In this document: piece after piece, positions 14,748 through 28,392 of the stretch
How the letters are laid out: every line of letters begins with the position of its first letter
Numbering within the stretch: the first letter of the stretch is position 1
Source: Paragordius varius
Taxonomy: Eukaryota; Animalia; Nematomorpha
DNA: 64,000 bases
Assembly (NCBI GenBank): GCA_964247055.1
Contig: OZ176051.1
Location: forward strand, 7,378,001-7,442,000
Direction of reading: 5' to 3'
Notes under the pieces: generated by a model
Databases searched by the model: none
What the model was told of the DNA's origin: nothing
What the model saw: the letters and a program-made list of their open reading frames with translations, nothing else
Position numbers and translations under genes: made by a program

Positions 14748-16939
14748 TTCATGACTTCTATATAATTATTAAATAGGTATGAAGTTAATGCATTTTTCTT
14801 TTTGGTCGTCCATTAATTTAAATGAATCAAATCGATATAATTCAAATTACTCCTTATCTCAAATTATCTTTTGACAAAATTGTTAAATATTAATCAAAGG
14901 TTAGCCCCCAAAAAGCTTAAAAGCCCTTGAGATAAAAATTTGTGGGGTAATTTTTGGTAGAAATATCTAACTTTAGTACAATATTATCAATTTGAATGTT
15001 TTAAAAACAGTTTATGCTAAACTATTTATGTTTTTAAAATTGGCCATTTCGGAGTCATTTTGGTCTAGATTCTGAAAATCATCAGTGTGTCAACAAAATT
15101 TTTCTACAACTTTCACAATCTGAGCGATAATTGGCTCTATAAATTTTTCAATCCACATCACAATTCCAATAAAAATGGTTATGAACATTTACAAAGCCGG
15201 GCTTGAGGTAAAACTTATACATTTTAATAATTGAGCAGGACTGCCTAACACAAGTGGCTTAATATTTTTGTAATAACTAAATTATTTAATAAGTTATATT
15301 AAAATATTAATAATAATAAAATAAACATCACAACGGTACCATAGTATTGATTTTATATCCATTATTCTTAGGGTGTTTAGTATAAAAAAAGTAAAATTTA
15401 GGTAATTATTTAAAAACCTGTTAGCCATAAAAATGTTTGCATAACTTATTGTATTTCCATTACAGTATGTCTCCATATCGTTTCGGGTGGCAACCAACAA
15501 TGAAGGACTTACCATAAACATAAAGCTGAAAATTACTAACATTTTATATAGGTAAAAAAAATTTTATTAAAATAGTTTAGTTCTATCACTTTTTAAAGCT
15601 AAAGATCAAGTCAATGATCTTCAAATCATAGTATTTCGATTTAAAAAATGTAATTAATTTATAATTAAAAAATCATTATATTTCACCTTGTAAATTATGC
15701 ATTTTTTATCAAAAAATTAAACGATAAGAGAGGTAATATTAGATAATGTTTTCCTAAATTAAATTTACCTGAGTTGTGCTAATAATACAAAATTATATCA
15801 AAAAGTATAAGATATTAGTTTTAAAAACTGCTTATATTAATGGCCAAGAACCCGAAATAATTGATGTAAGAATTCATCATTCAAAGGCCTAACTTGGGGC
15901 ATTGATTTTTAAATGAAAAAAAAAGCTACAAAATAAATCATTTATTTAATAATATAAAAATATGGTATTAAAACCGGAATTGTTTGTCATTTTTTATAAT
16001 GTTTTATAACTATTAATTTTTAAAACGGGACCGAATCTTTTTAACAGCAGGAATTAAGATTTCAAATGGTTCCTAATAAAATTTATTGCAGTCTTACATA
16101 TTTTCCAATTTTTACTGTAACAAAAAAATGTGTTATTTTTTAGCCATTAACACACATAATTTTTTTTATTTAACTCAAAAATAGAATGGTAATAAAATGC
16201 AAAAGTTTTGACCAATATTGAATGAAACCGGTGCGGAGCTAAAAACGGTTCCGGTGTCAATCCTTGATATTGTTGGTTTTAATGAACCTATAAATAGCTA
16301 AGAACAATATCATTCGATATATCACACCGAAAATCTGGTGTAAAAAAATAGGCAAAGCATGGTTAATTTTGTACTGCGTCAGGGATCAAAATATCTGGTC
16401 ACAATAGCATAAACGTCATTTATTTTATAGTATCTAAGCGCAAGAAATAATAAAAATTTAGCCTATATTAAGTCATTTATATGGCAGTATAATTAGTTTG
16501 CCAATCTATTTAAAAATATTCTATGTATAAACCCCTGTTTTAAAGATTGAGCGCTAATGTTCTTTTAAAAACATCAACATTCTCAACAATAAAATTTTAA
16601 TAAAAATTTGTAGAAGTTTATAAAGGTATTTTAAAGCATGCTGGAAACGGTATACATTTTAATATTTAAAACACTTTAGACAATTTAATGCCGCTGAACA
16701 TTTCCATAAGCACTCATCGTTGATTAATAAGTATTTTGTTAAACTCTTCTGGTACAAATTTTTAATTAATTAAATATATTCTATACTACCTAAAAAAACC
16801 CAAGAATCTTAGTGATAAAGTTTGGGTAAGTATTTAATAAATTTTTGACAAGATTGTGTTGTATTTATTTGATTTAAATTGCATTGCAGTTAAATAAATA
16901 TATAACATAAATAAATATGATTTTTGTAATTTGCGAAAT

Positions 16940-19900
16940 TTAAATGACCCGCGGATTACAATAGATAGGTTCTATCAGCAAATGTTCGGTTGTGTTTTGA
17001 TTAAGTATTAGATTGTGTCTTTTGTCAAACTCAGCACCGTGACAATTTTTTGGAAGAAAATTGAATGTTATTGGCTCAGGTCTCAGGCTAGTGCAATCAC
17101 CCATTTTTTCGGAAAATTTTGCTGGCAAATTAATGCTTTTCGATTGCGGTGTAAATTTGGATACATTATCTAGAAATTGTTGAGACAATGATTTTGGTAA
17201 AAAGTGGATTTATTTTTTATGCATAAATGCTTTGTGTAAATTATATATAATTTTTTTATTTGAAAATCCAATTCCTACACCTTGTATCAAGTCTCAAAAA
17301 ATTAACTTGTTATCATTAAAATATTTGTGTATGTCCATTATCCCTATAATAAAGTTAAGTTTAGTGATATCAACATGTTGTATCAATTCCATGTTTATTA
17401 AACAAAATCATGTCTTTTTATACTAAAAATGGATTTTATATTGCATGTATTCGAAGAACAGTCTTACATTGTAAAAACGTAGGAGCACAAAACTGAATAT
17501 GTTTTGTTAAATTACTAAATAAAATTTTACCATTTGTATCCTGATCCTTCTTATCCTCATTGCAATAGTAGAAACTTTCACTCCTTTCGTACGGACACGG
17601 TGGGCTTAAAGTGTGACATTTTGGCCATCTTAGACTCCTCCGATTCTTTTTTCTTTCCTAATAATAGAAAAATAAGATCATATGTTATTTTATTTACAAA
17701 ATATAATTATAAGTATGTATAAAGATTTTTATCCAGCTATTATGTTTTCTACGTTCATCTGCCTTATTGATATAATATAAATCATATTTTCGACCAAAAT
17801 TATTGATAAAATATTTTATCCTTTGTGGTTTAGCAAAATACACTTTTTGACCTAATATGGTGCCGACATATAATTTTAGTTTAACTGTCATAGCAATTAT
17901 ATTAATAAATATTAACCTGATTATCCATATTTTCGTTTATATTAACATTCTGTCCGTCGGCAATATAATTATGGAGGTCATTATTTTTATGATTATTTCC
18001 ATTAATATCATTAAACTGATATTGATTGTTTTGTCGTTCCTGGTTTTTATTATTATGGCATTTTTTCCATTTCATGCTTTGTGATTTAATTTTTTTGGTC
18101 CGTTTTTTAATTTTTCCGTCATCATTGATGTTAACATTATTAATATTCATAGTTGCATTTATGTTATTACGATTAAATTGTACTATATAATTTGGATCTG
18201 GATACTGTAGTATTGGATTTTGTAAATAAGTGGTGGTTATTTTGCTATTAATATTATCAGGTTGATAATCCATTTTGCCATTTATAGCATTACCATTGTA
18301 ATTGAACGGGGATTTTAGTAGCGGATTAAATAATCCATTATGCAACCAATTTTCATTTCCTGCTTTCATATTATTATTATTATTATTATTGTAACTAAAC
18401 TTAATATCACTACAGCAATTATTACCATTATTTTTCTCATTATTATTATTATTATTATCTACAATTTTTTTAGTAGTGGTGATAATGTCTAAATCACATT
18501 TTTCTCTATTCATATGATGTGAACCATTTATAGTAGAAGAAGGAGAAATGACATTAAAAGCGTTGGCATTGTTGTGTGCCGGAATTAGGAGGCATTTGTG
18601 CTGCCTTCTTGAGTTAAACTCTGCTCCTGGATCGCAAGCTAGCGTTTGTTGAGGGGAAAAGGGTAAAATACGCTTATAACTTTCCCCTCTTTCCCACCAT
18701 CGTAATTATAAATATTGAAATTGTTATTGGTATCGCTATTATGGGATTTGTTCGTTTCAATATCTTTCATTATGCACGCTTTTGACATATCCCTTGATGT
18801 TGGTGTTTCTCTATTGTAGGGATTTATTATAGGATTTTTGTCACATCTATCTTCCTTTGTGATATTTTGATCATTGTCAATATTAAAGTAGGGAACAATA
18901 CATATTTTGCTGCCTTGTGTACGTAAAGCATTTTTGCGTTGACAATAATTTAATGGAAATACATTTTGATTTTGATTTAGACTGAAACTATCGTAATATT
19001 GCTTGCTATCATCACAATCCTTTTGTGGATCATCCATACAATTGATGGGAATATCTCCATATCTTTTGCTATTGTTATAAAAATTTGGTGATATAACAGA
19101 TGACATGACATAATTTTTTGCTTTGTTGTTAGGGGATTCAGGACAAAATATTGTATTTGTCAGATTTGGATTTAAAAACGTATTTATAGGTGAATGGTTT
19201 GAGATAATGTGCTCTTTTAGCTCTTCCGCTTGTATATTATCAAAATTGGGAATTAGGATTGCATTCAACCCATTTAACATGAGAGGGGTACTGCTTTCGA
19301 AATCATTTATAATTCTTTTTTGGGGACTCAAACGATAAACTTTATCCACGTTTATAAGTGATGGCTGGTTTAAATCAAATTTTGAGTAATACTTATCCCT
19401 TCTAGTGTCATTTATTTGATTTATATCGGCATTTATTATCTCATAACCTTTTGGCAACTTTCTGTTGTCGTTTTTTGTGATGCCGGCATGTACTATATCA
19501 TTATTTATTAATGGGATATGAGTTGAATTCTTATAAGAACCATCATAATCAATGTTGTGCCTTATGTCATAATTAGCCACATTGGGATCATTTTTTGTAT
19601 GACTAGCTCGTAACTTGCTTTTGGACAAAATGGCATGACTTAATGGTGAAAATAGACGCTTAAGCGCTTTAGGGTAAAACAAATTGGAGACACTTGAAGA
19701 TGTTGTCGAAGATAACGGCGGTCTCTGGTTCGGCATACCTTTCTTAATGCTCATATAGATGTGATAACTTGTCGCGTTTTGATTTAAATACATGGCAGAG
19801 CGTTTTTGTTGATGGTAGGCAGAAAAGCATGGGAAATTGGAACGAACACCTTTGAGGAATATGGATTTTTGTTTCAATCTAAAATAAGAAAGACATATAA

Positions 19901-22900
19901 GAATGAAACTTATGAAATGCTATTTTTATGCTAAAAGCGGATTTTGGGGTCTAGAGCGGTATGAATTGTGTAAGTCACTTAATGAAAGAAATTTTGACTA
20001 ATAACATATAAATCTGACCTTAAAATCCCTAATTGTAAAATATTCTAAAATATTCATTTTTTTCCACTTTCCCAACCATTTTATTAATTGTGGTACCTGT
20101 CAAAAATCAATTATGTAGTATTATCATCCAAAAAAATAAAGTTATTAATAATTAATTTTTTTGATCAATTATAATGACATTAAATGGAAAAAAATTTATA
20201 TCAGCGTATTGTTTTTAAAAAACAATTATTTATTAAATATTTATAAGCTAAATATACTTTTCATTTCAAACGAACTCACCAGATAGTATATTAATTGAAT
20301 TCTTAATTTCTTATTAGTGAATAAAAGCTTCGTATTTGAACATTTGTACTTAATGTAATTTGTTATTCAATAAATATGGTGGTCATAAATAAAAGTTATA
20401 GATAAATATTGTTTGGAAATTTTTGTTTCCTTAGACACTTGATTTAAATCGGGGTAACTACCCAGACAATATTTGATTATATAAAAAACTACTGAATGAA
20501 AAAATTTTATATTAAATTTATGCTTCGATCCTAATAAAAATTATATCAATAACCAAAAATATCTAAGATTTTATTTAAAAAAAAAGATATATATAAAACT
20601 ACTTCGACAATTTTGAAAAATATCGTATTTAATTCGGATGCTAAAATTAAATTGTTCATCTAACATTAACGTAAACGGGAAAAAAGGTTGATTTTGATAT
20701 ATTTTTATATTTGGCTAATGCCCACATGTCTAAATGGCTAAAGTGGTATTATAGATTGATTTATTATATTTCGGTGCATTAATGTTATATTGAACTTTTG
20801 CAAAGGTTTAATTTATTTCAGATTTTTTGGAATATTTGAAGAGGCTTGTTTTCATCAACGACCCCAATTTCAATTAAAGAACTGAAATAAATGTGTGAGT
20901 GTTAAGTTCGTTTTACTGTTGTACTTCAAGTATCACAAATAATACTGCTGCGCAATTTGGGGCATATAAAGTTATCCTGATGATATATAATATATTTAAA
21001 TGATATTTTTTGTAAAGCACCAAAAAAATTTGAATTAAACGAAATGCGCGAAAATTCTGCCATTTTCTAATATGGACAGTTATTAAACAGTGGTAAACTT
21101 TCTTATATGTGACTAAAAAGGATCCAAATCAAAATCACCACGAGAATCCTTACACATGTATTTTATAAAATATATATTTCATCAGGTTGTGGGCACTTTG
21201 TAATTGAACCATTAAGATAATTTTTACATTAAAATTTATGGTATAAGTATGTGGTTTATCAAAAAAATTCAGTTGTAAAAATGTTCACACATTCAGTGTC
21301 ATATAGGCGTAATTGTATTGAGCTCATAAATAGTAAAAAAATAGCCAATTTTTTATTATACTTTGCTAAAATGTAATGTAATATAAAGAAAAAATTTAAT
21401 TTTATATTATACCTTGAACAGCCTTGGATCTGTCTCATATACTATATATTATAAATTTTATTGATTTGAATCTTCTAAAGTAAACTTACAAACAGTATAA
21501 ACCTCTTTTATAAATATTTATTATATAACTTAGTAGGACAAGTACATATAAGATAGAAAAATACTCTGAAAAGTAAATATATTTATACAGTTAACTAAAT
21601 AAATCTTACCATTTTTCATATTTAATTTTATTTTGGTATATTCCTTAACATAAAAATATTAGATTGGAATCCATAATTTTGCAGTATACTATATCGATTT
21701 ATTAGACTGATCCATATATGCCTTAATTTAATTATCCATCGAAATTTTGTAACGCAATATATGTCTGAAACAATATTAACTTAGTTAACAGTTTATTTCC
21801 ATCTGTACTTTTATGTAAACAGATGCACATTAGAATGTTTATTTGACCGACACAACTTAGAGCTTGTGAAAAAATTTCAACCTTTATTCTTATTAGTTAT
21901 AAAGATCATAAATTAGTTTTATATGCCATTTTAAGCCATTCACCAAAACCAATAAAATAATTGGTCTTTTAAACTTTTTAGATGATGTTACAAGATTTTC
22001 GAAGAATATTTATGTGGCTAAAAGGCCTTGGATTTCATATTTTCAAATTTAACCCAATATCCACATGTTAAGTTATTTCTGTTTGACAATTCTCTAGGCT
22101 CAAAACCTTAAAAAAGGGTGTCGCATTATTTTGCAGGTAATTTTTTAGATAAAAACATGAAACTATAAACTAAAATGTTATTTAAGGATCGGCATTATTT
22201 TTGTTAATTAAATTGGAAAATATTTTTATATGATGGCAGAATGCTTATTTTTTTAAAGATCAAAAGAATATTTCATAGTAATAATAATAATAATAAATAA
22301 GAACAAAGTTGTATTACTTTCTTTTGTAAACCAAATATCCCATGAGACTAATTATGAAAATTAATGAGGCGAGTAAGATTGAGGAAACCACAATGCCTGC
22401 CCATAATTTAATTGTTGATGCGTCCTGATTTAACATCTTGGAATGCTGTCCTATTTTATTAGAATCGTATAGGAATGAAGTACTATAATTTCTTCCATTA
22501 CTATAAGTTTTATGATCTATCATGGCTTGGGTTTGAAATAAAGGATAATTATGTTTTGGATTATTATAGAGATTTTTGGAATGATTTATTGTAGGAAGAT
22601 CGATGTTTAAAAACCGGTTTTCTTTGTTATACCCTGTATTATTGGTGTAATTGATATCATCCGAGCTCCATACATTTTGATTTTGATTGGATTTGCTCGT
22701 TATCAAGTAGGGTAGAGAGGGTGAGCATGTTAATGTATGTATGAGATTTAGTGTTTCAAACACTTTTTCAAACGATGTTTTTGATGGCGATTGCAGAATA
22801 TTCATTTTTTGTTTTAGTAAATATGAATCACTTATCCATTCGGGATGAATGATTTCAAAACTTTCATCATAACTTCTATCATCGATAGAGAGGTAATTTT

Positions 22901-23015
22901 GATAGTTTGCATTAAATAGGGCTGAACATGGGTTTTCGAAACCCGGAAATGTGGGCGGTGGGCTTATTAAAAACAGTGGTGGAGGTAATATAGGATCATA
23001 AATTAAATAAGTCAT
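16940..23015 (-). CDS. Large single-pass membrane protein with an Asn-rich low-complexity tail; no recognised domain
   Basis: Exons 23015-22318 (Pro-rich N-terminus, TM LWAGIVVSSILLASLIFIISLMGYLVY then KRK), 19878-17917, 17657-17531 and 17169-16940. All GT-AG junction phases agree. One unresolved frame shift at about 18640-18700 inside exon 2. The ATG is preceded by an in-frame stop. Confidence 0.7.
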
Positions 23016-25991
23016 GCTTGGTGTTTTTTGTTGGAATCAAATTTCAGCAGATCTAAAGTAAAGGTATATTGATTCAATGATATTAGTAGGATCAATAATT
23101 CATATGTAAAAAATAATAAAAAAATTTTAAGGAGGTTTAAAACAATCTATGTAAAATGTATACTGATTCGCTTAGACATAGAGATACACATGTTGTAAAA
23201 TAGAAAAACTGGATAGCGTAACGTATGACAAAAATTCTAAGGACACATATCCTACCATATACTACTGTATTCATCCATACTATTTATATAATGTTATCAG
23301 ATCTTGTACTATGTTATGGCAGATACTATAATCAAAATTCTGAAAAAAAAAAGCTGGACGGCTAGCATATCTAGTTACCAAATAAATTAAAAAATGTTAA
23401 GGACCAGAACTAATTTAAATTACAAATTAAATGTACAAAATCGTTATAAAATAATATTAACGTTTTGGCTTAGCCACAGTCTTATTCAAACAGAAAATAA
23501 CGAATTAAAAATTATATAATTTCATCCAATTTCATTGTCCTAAATTATTTAAATACCGAAACAGGGATGCGACCGACAATTTCTAATAAATATATGTCAT
23601 AATAGCGTGAAAAGGCAAAAAATTTTGATCGTATATTGATTATTAGGTAGGATTATATCCTTTCTCATAATTTTAATTGCATTTGTGTCCTTGAGAGGAA
23701 TGCTCAAGTTACAAAGAACTTAAAAAATACAAAATTAATTACAATACAGAATAGGCATGTTATAAAAGTTATTTCCATATAATAATAATCAATAATTTAA
23801 ATAAAAAAACGATTTAAATTCTTAAGCGTTAATTTAAAAATTTTAAATGTTATGGAAAAACAAAATGAAAAAATTGATACAATTTTCATCTTTTTTTGTT
23901 GAGAAAATAAATTATTTTAATAATTATCATACCTAAGAATAATTTCGAAGAATTTCCAAGAATATTCAAATTAAATAAAATAATATTGTTTGACAATATT
24001 TAGGGAAAAATATTGAATATATGTGTTGTCTAAATCAATTAACTTCAATATTTATAAATCAGAGGTGTAAGGTGGGGCTTTCGTGACATTTGTTATATAA
24101 AGAAAATTATTTTATTATATGTGGATTTGGATACAAAGATAAACACACACTTGTGAACTCATCTTTTAAGTGGACCTTTAACAATGGAAAATAGAAAATG
24201 CATTCATAATTCTCTATTATTATTGGATAATGTTAAAAAACATTGATCAGATACTTATAAATAATTTAATGTGTGAACACACTGTATGATAGAATTATTT
24301 TGTAAATTTTGTCATCAAATACTAATAAAGAAAACTACTACAATAAAATTTTATTATTAAATAATTCTTTCATTTATAATTGTTTAAGGGCATTGACTAT
24401 GTTTTGTTGAATCAAGTATCATCAATTTGTCAATGTGTTATATGACATCAGTGTTTTATGATTAATAATTTTAAAGAAGGGAAGGTGTTTTGAAAATTTA
24501 ATCGAATTCGGCATTATATAATACATAATATTGGTTATTAAAAAAAGTATCCATAAGAATTAATATCACGTTTAAATTTAGAATTAAATACTATAAAAGA
24601 AAAAGGGTTTAATTAAATTATTTCAATATAGATTAATATTGTATGTATTTAAAAGTTTAACACTGTGTTTATTTTCACCTGTCCCTTGGACTTAAGATAG
24701 TAAAATATGTCGATATAATATGTGTTGTCAAAATGATATATTTCTTAAATACCATTCAAAGATTAAAGGTAATTATTTAGGTAACATCAAAGTGTTAAAT
24801 GTGTGTATATGTTTAATTTAACAAAAAAATAAGTTTTTATGTAATTTACCTGAAACTACACACTTAATATATGGATAGTCAAATAAGTAATAAATTAATT
24901 TAATTACACTTAAATACTTGACCATATATAAAATTTAAAATGTTAAACAAACAAACTAGGGCCTGTAAAGCATTCCCTTATATAATTTATCATCATGAAT
25001 TTATAAAAGTTTTTGTAATTTCAGGTCGAAAAATATTTTTTATTTGTTTGAAAGTATTTTAATTAAAATATGTGCCGTGAGTGTCTTTTTTAATGTAATG
25101 TTTTCTAGGTTAAACATCGACTGGCATTTTTCATCACTAAAAACCTAACCTTTGTTAATATCTTTTGCTAGCAAGAAAAGTTAACCAAATTAATTAAAGT
25201 TATAAAATGGTATTGGTGAATAATTAGCAAAATTTATGAGATGAAAAGTGTTCGATTTGTCGTCCAAAAAAATAAATTTTGGTTGTTATGGTAGGATTTT
25301 TTAGACATTTTATTTAATTGTGATTTACGATTTTTAGTTAACTCTCATTCTATATACAAATTTATGTAATTAATGTCCTTGACAGGAAATATTAAAACTT
25401 TAATTTTTACACTCTATGGAATTTTAATTATAACATCTAGGCATTAATTAATTTAATAAATTTTAAACCTGATTTTCAAATTAATTTACCAAATTAAATA
25501 CAACTAGCGAAAATTTGTGTTTCACCTGCTTAAAAAAGCATGCCATATTTTATTTTATAAAGGTGTTAAAGCACTTACATTTAATATATGATACATTTAT
25601 ACCAGGTCTTATTTCTATAATTTTAATTTGTTTTTCTTAAAAGAATATATATATTTATATTATATATCAAGTAAGTCTATGAATAAAGCTCACAAATATA
25701 TCAATTAAAGTATACTAAGAAAATACATGTAAAACGTGCTATATAATATATAATGATAATTTTACATTATTTAATATCGATGATGTATTTCATACCATAA
25801 ATCTTAATTAAAGTTTTTTAATATTTATTTAGAATATCATACATATTCATAAGTTTCATTCAAAATATATAAATTTGTAAATTTAGCGTAAGACTAAAAC
25901 ATCAAGTGTTTTAAATGATTTACGGTGAGCTCAAAATATTACTTCTTACAACAAAAATTAATAGATAAAATGTTATAATAAAAGACAATTA

Positions 25992-26295
25992 TTATATAAT
26001 ATTTACACTTTAAATTCACCTTTCAACAATTTAAATATACCCTTTACCACTTCAAATTCACCCTCGAACAATTCAAGATCTCTCTAAAATATTTGTGTTC
26101 TTTAAGATTAAAAATAACCTCTATTTTTATACTTTTAAAAAATATATTGTTTAAATTAAAATAATACTGAAAAAATAATAAACTGGCCACAAAGAAATAT
26201 TTCATATTAATCATGAGTTAAACTAGCCCGAATAATTTATTTTTAAGGTAGATTTGAATTGTTCGAGGGTGAGTTTGGATTCATTGTAAATGGTA
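25992..26295. mobile_element. MITE with TIR containing TTCAAATTCACCCTCGAACAATTCAA
   Basis: 26051-26076 is the near reverse complement of 26254-26279. A second copy lies at 61874-62062. Confidence 0.6.
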
Positions 26296-27349
26296 TATTT
26301 CAAAAGCCAATGACATAATTTGAACCATAATTGTCCAATAAATTATTTGATTACAATTTTAAAATATATAATTAAGTGTTTAAATAATTTTACATTACTA
26401 TTATTTTCCCACAATTATAATTATAAAAGGTATTGTTGTCTTTTTTAGGCAACTATAATTTATAATTTTTGTGTTTAATTTGATAGATGAGATTTATTAT
26501 GTTCCTCTGGTGACCCAAAATTTTTGTCGCACTGAGGAAAAGTGTCAACTAAATATAATTAACTACTACCATAAAAAATATCCTAAAGACATTTTCGGAT
26601 CTCCTGATATACTCAATGATTTGTTATTATAAAATCACATTAAAACGTGAGTGGCGAACTAATAAAATATTACATGGAATAAATTGGTATAAAGTAATCC
26701 ATCCAAATACGCTTTAAAAGATATTAATTAACTCGAAAATTATTTTAGGTTATTTGCTTGGTGCAAAATCATTATATCGAAAATATAAATTCTGCGAGAA
26801 ACAAATTAAACAAATCCGTAGGAGAAATAATGGGATATCAGTGTCTCTATTCTAATCATATATGAAGCTGTTAAACGATTTTTAAGGTCATAATCTTTGC
26901 TTAGATTATAAATAATGACATTTACAAATCCATTTATTGTGTTATTTTTATTCTTTGACGCAAATTCAAATTCTTACCTCATAATAACTTAATATACTTT
27001 TCTAATGTAGCGAGCGATATATACTAAGTTTTGGCAGGCATTAAATTTGGATACTATTATTCTGAAATGTGACATTTATTGGTTTTTAATGGAAACAACA
27101 CATAACATTATTAATATATATAGAAAAAGTATATAGTCTGAAAAAACTACTGTTATTGGTCAAGGAAGGAAACAAAAGATGGTTTTTATAGATGTTAAAA
27201 AACTAATACCAAGAGAGAATATTAATGCAGCATAAAAAATTAAGAATTTTGGCTATATTCAAAAAATAATTGAATACATAGACAGATTTATTGTTTTAGA
27301 AATATTTATTATTTTTCTCCATCCCTAACCAAGATAGCAAAATTTTGTA

Positions 27350-28320
27350 AGTTTTACTCATGTGTTTTAATATATCTCTTAAGTATAGGTATTAAACCTC
27401 TATTTTAAAAATATTGCGTTACGAATTTAGTAGCAGAAAAACTGATTGTCTTTTGCGGTAAACCGTTTGCCAAGTCATTTTTCAAAGTCTTTGAAATTAT
27501 TGTAATGCTGGTATAGCTGCCCCATTTGGCCAAGTTAGGGGAGAAAAAAAGAAGCGATTATAGATGTTTTTTTAATAGTTTTATTGCGTTTTGCCTTCCG
27601 GTCGTTTTTCGATTAATGAACAATCTTAATTAATCACTCGTTGGTGATAAAAATGTAAATTAATACAATATCCTTCTAGTACCACCAAAGTCATTGTTTT
27701 CCTTTTGCCTTTTGTGTTAATAGACGGGATTGAGAAGATAAAATCCATGATTATTTTCGTTTTGGATACAAAAAACTAATTTTCGGGACCCAAATCCAAA
27801 AATTATTTCATTTCTTGTAAAGCAGCGTTTCACAGGTCACTTTGTGATTTTTATTTTAACAATAATTTAAATTAAAGGATTAATCAAGTTTAGTGGTTTT
27901 GCCCGTTGCTTGAAGATGTCAACTGATTGTTTTTTGTGACAAGTGTATTGGTTCTGCCAATTGCTGTGGAGTTTGACATGGGTCATAAATTAATAATGGT
28001 CTACTAGAGCGGTGTCCATTTATATTACATTTTAAATATTCAAAAAAAATGTTTCAGATGTTTTAAATGATTAATGACTATATGTAACAAGCAAGCGATG
28101 ACTTTCAAAAATCTTTTTCCTTGGTTGATGCAATGAAATATTCTTTTTCAGGTAAAAATTCCACATGATTACTGAATAAAAATTAATAAGACCTACCATT
28201 TGTGGCATATCGTGGGTCTTTGTAGTTTAAGGTGAGATGAACAAAAGAGGGTTTGTATTAAATTAATCGCCTACGTGTTTTTCGCTCAGAGTTTGTTTTA
28301 GTCAAACTGGTAATATATAA
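27350..28320 (-). mobile_element. Decayed mariner (Tc1/mariner) transposase relic
   Basis: The minus strand reads DPCQTPQQLAEPIHLSQKTIS*HLQATGKTTKLD (about 27986-27885), matching the mariner HTH/KLDxWVPH region. FSPNLA near 27540 resembles YSPDLAP. Many stops; the TIRs were not identified. Confidence 0.7.
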
Positions 28321-28336
28321 CTACACGCGGTATGTG

Positions 28337-28338
<2 letters not shown>

Positions 28339-28388
<50 letters not shown>
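28339..28388. repeat. (TA)n microsatellite
   Basis: About 25 TA units beside the mariner relic. Shorter TA runs occur near 31809, 59877, 62151 and 62827. Confidence 0.95.

Positions 28389-28392
<4 letters not shown>

Noticed and set aside
17515-17530. 16-nt GT-AG candidate intron
   Set aside because: Splicing gives an immediate stop. A phase-compatible 76-codon terminal exon exists at 17169-16940.
18660-18700. Canonical programmed -1 ribosomal frameshift
   Set aside because: No X XXY YYZ heptamer in the zero frame and no evident downstream pseudoknot. The site is kept only as an unresolved finding.
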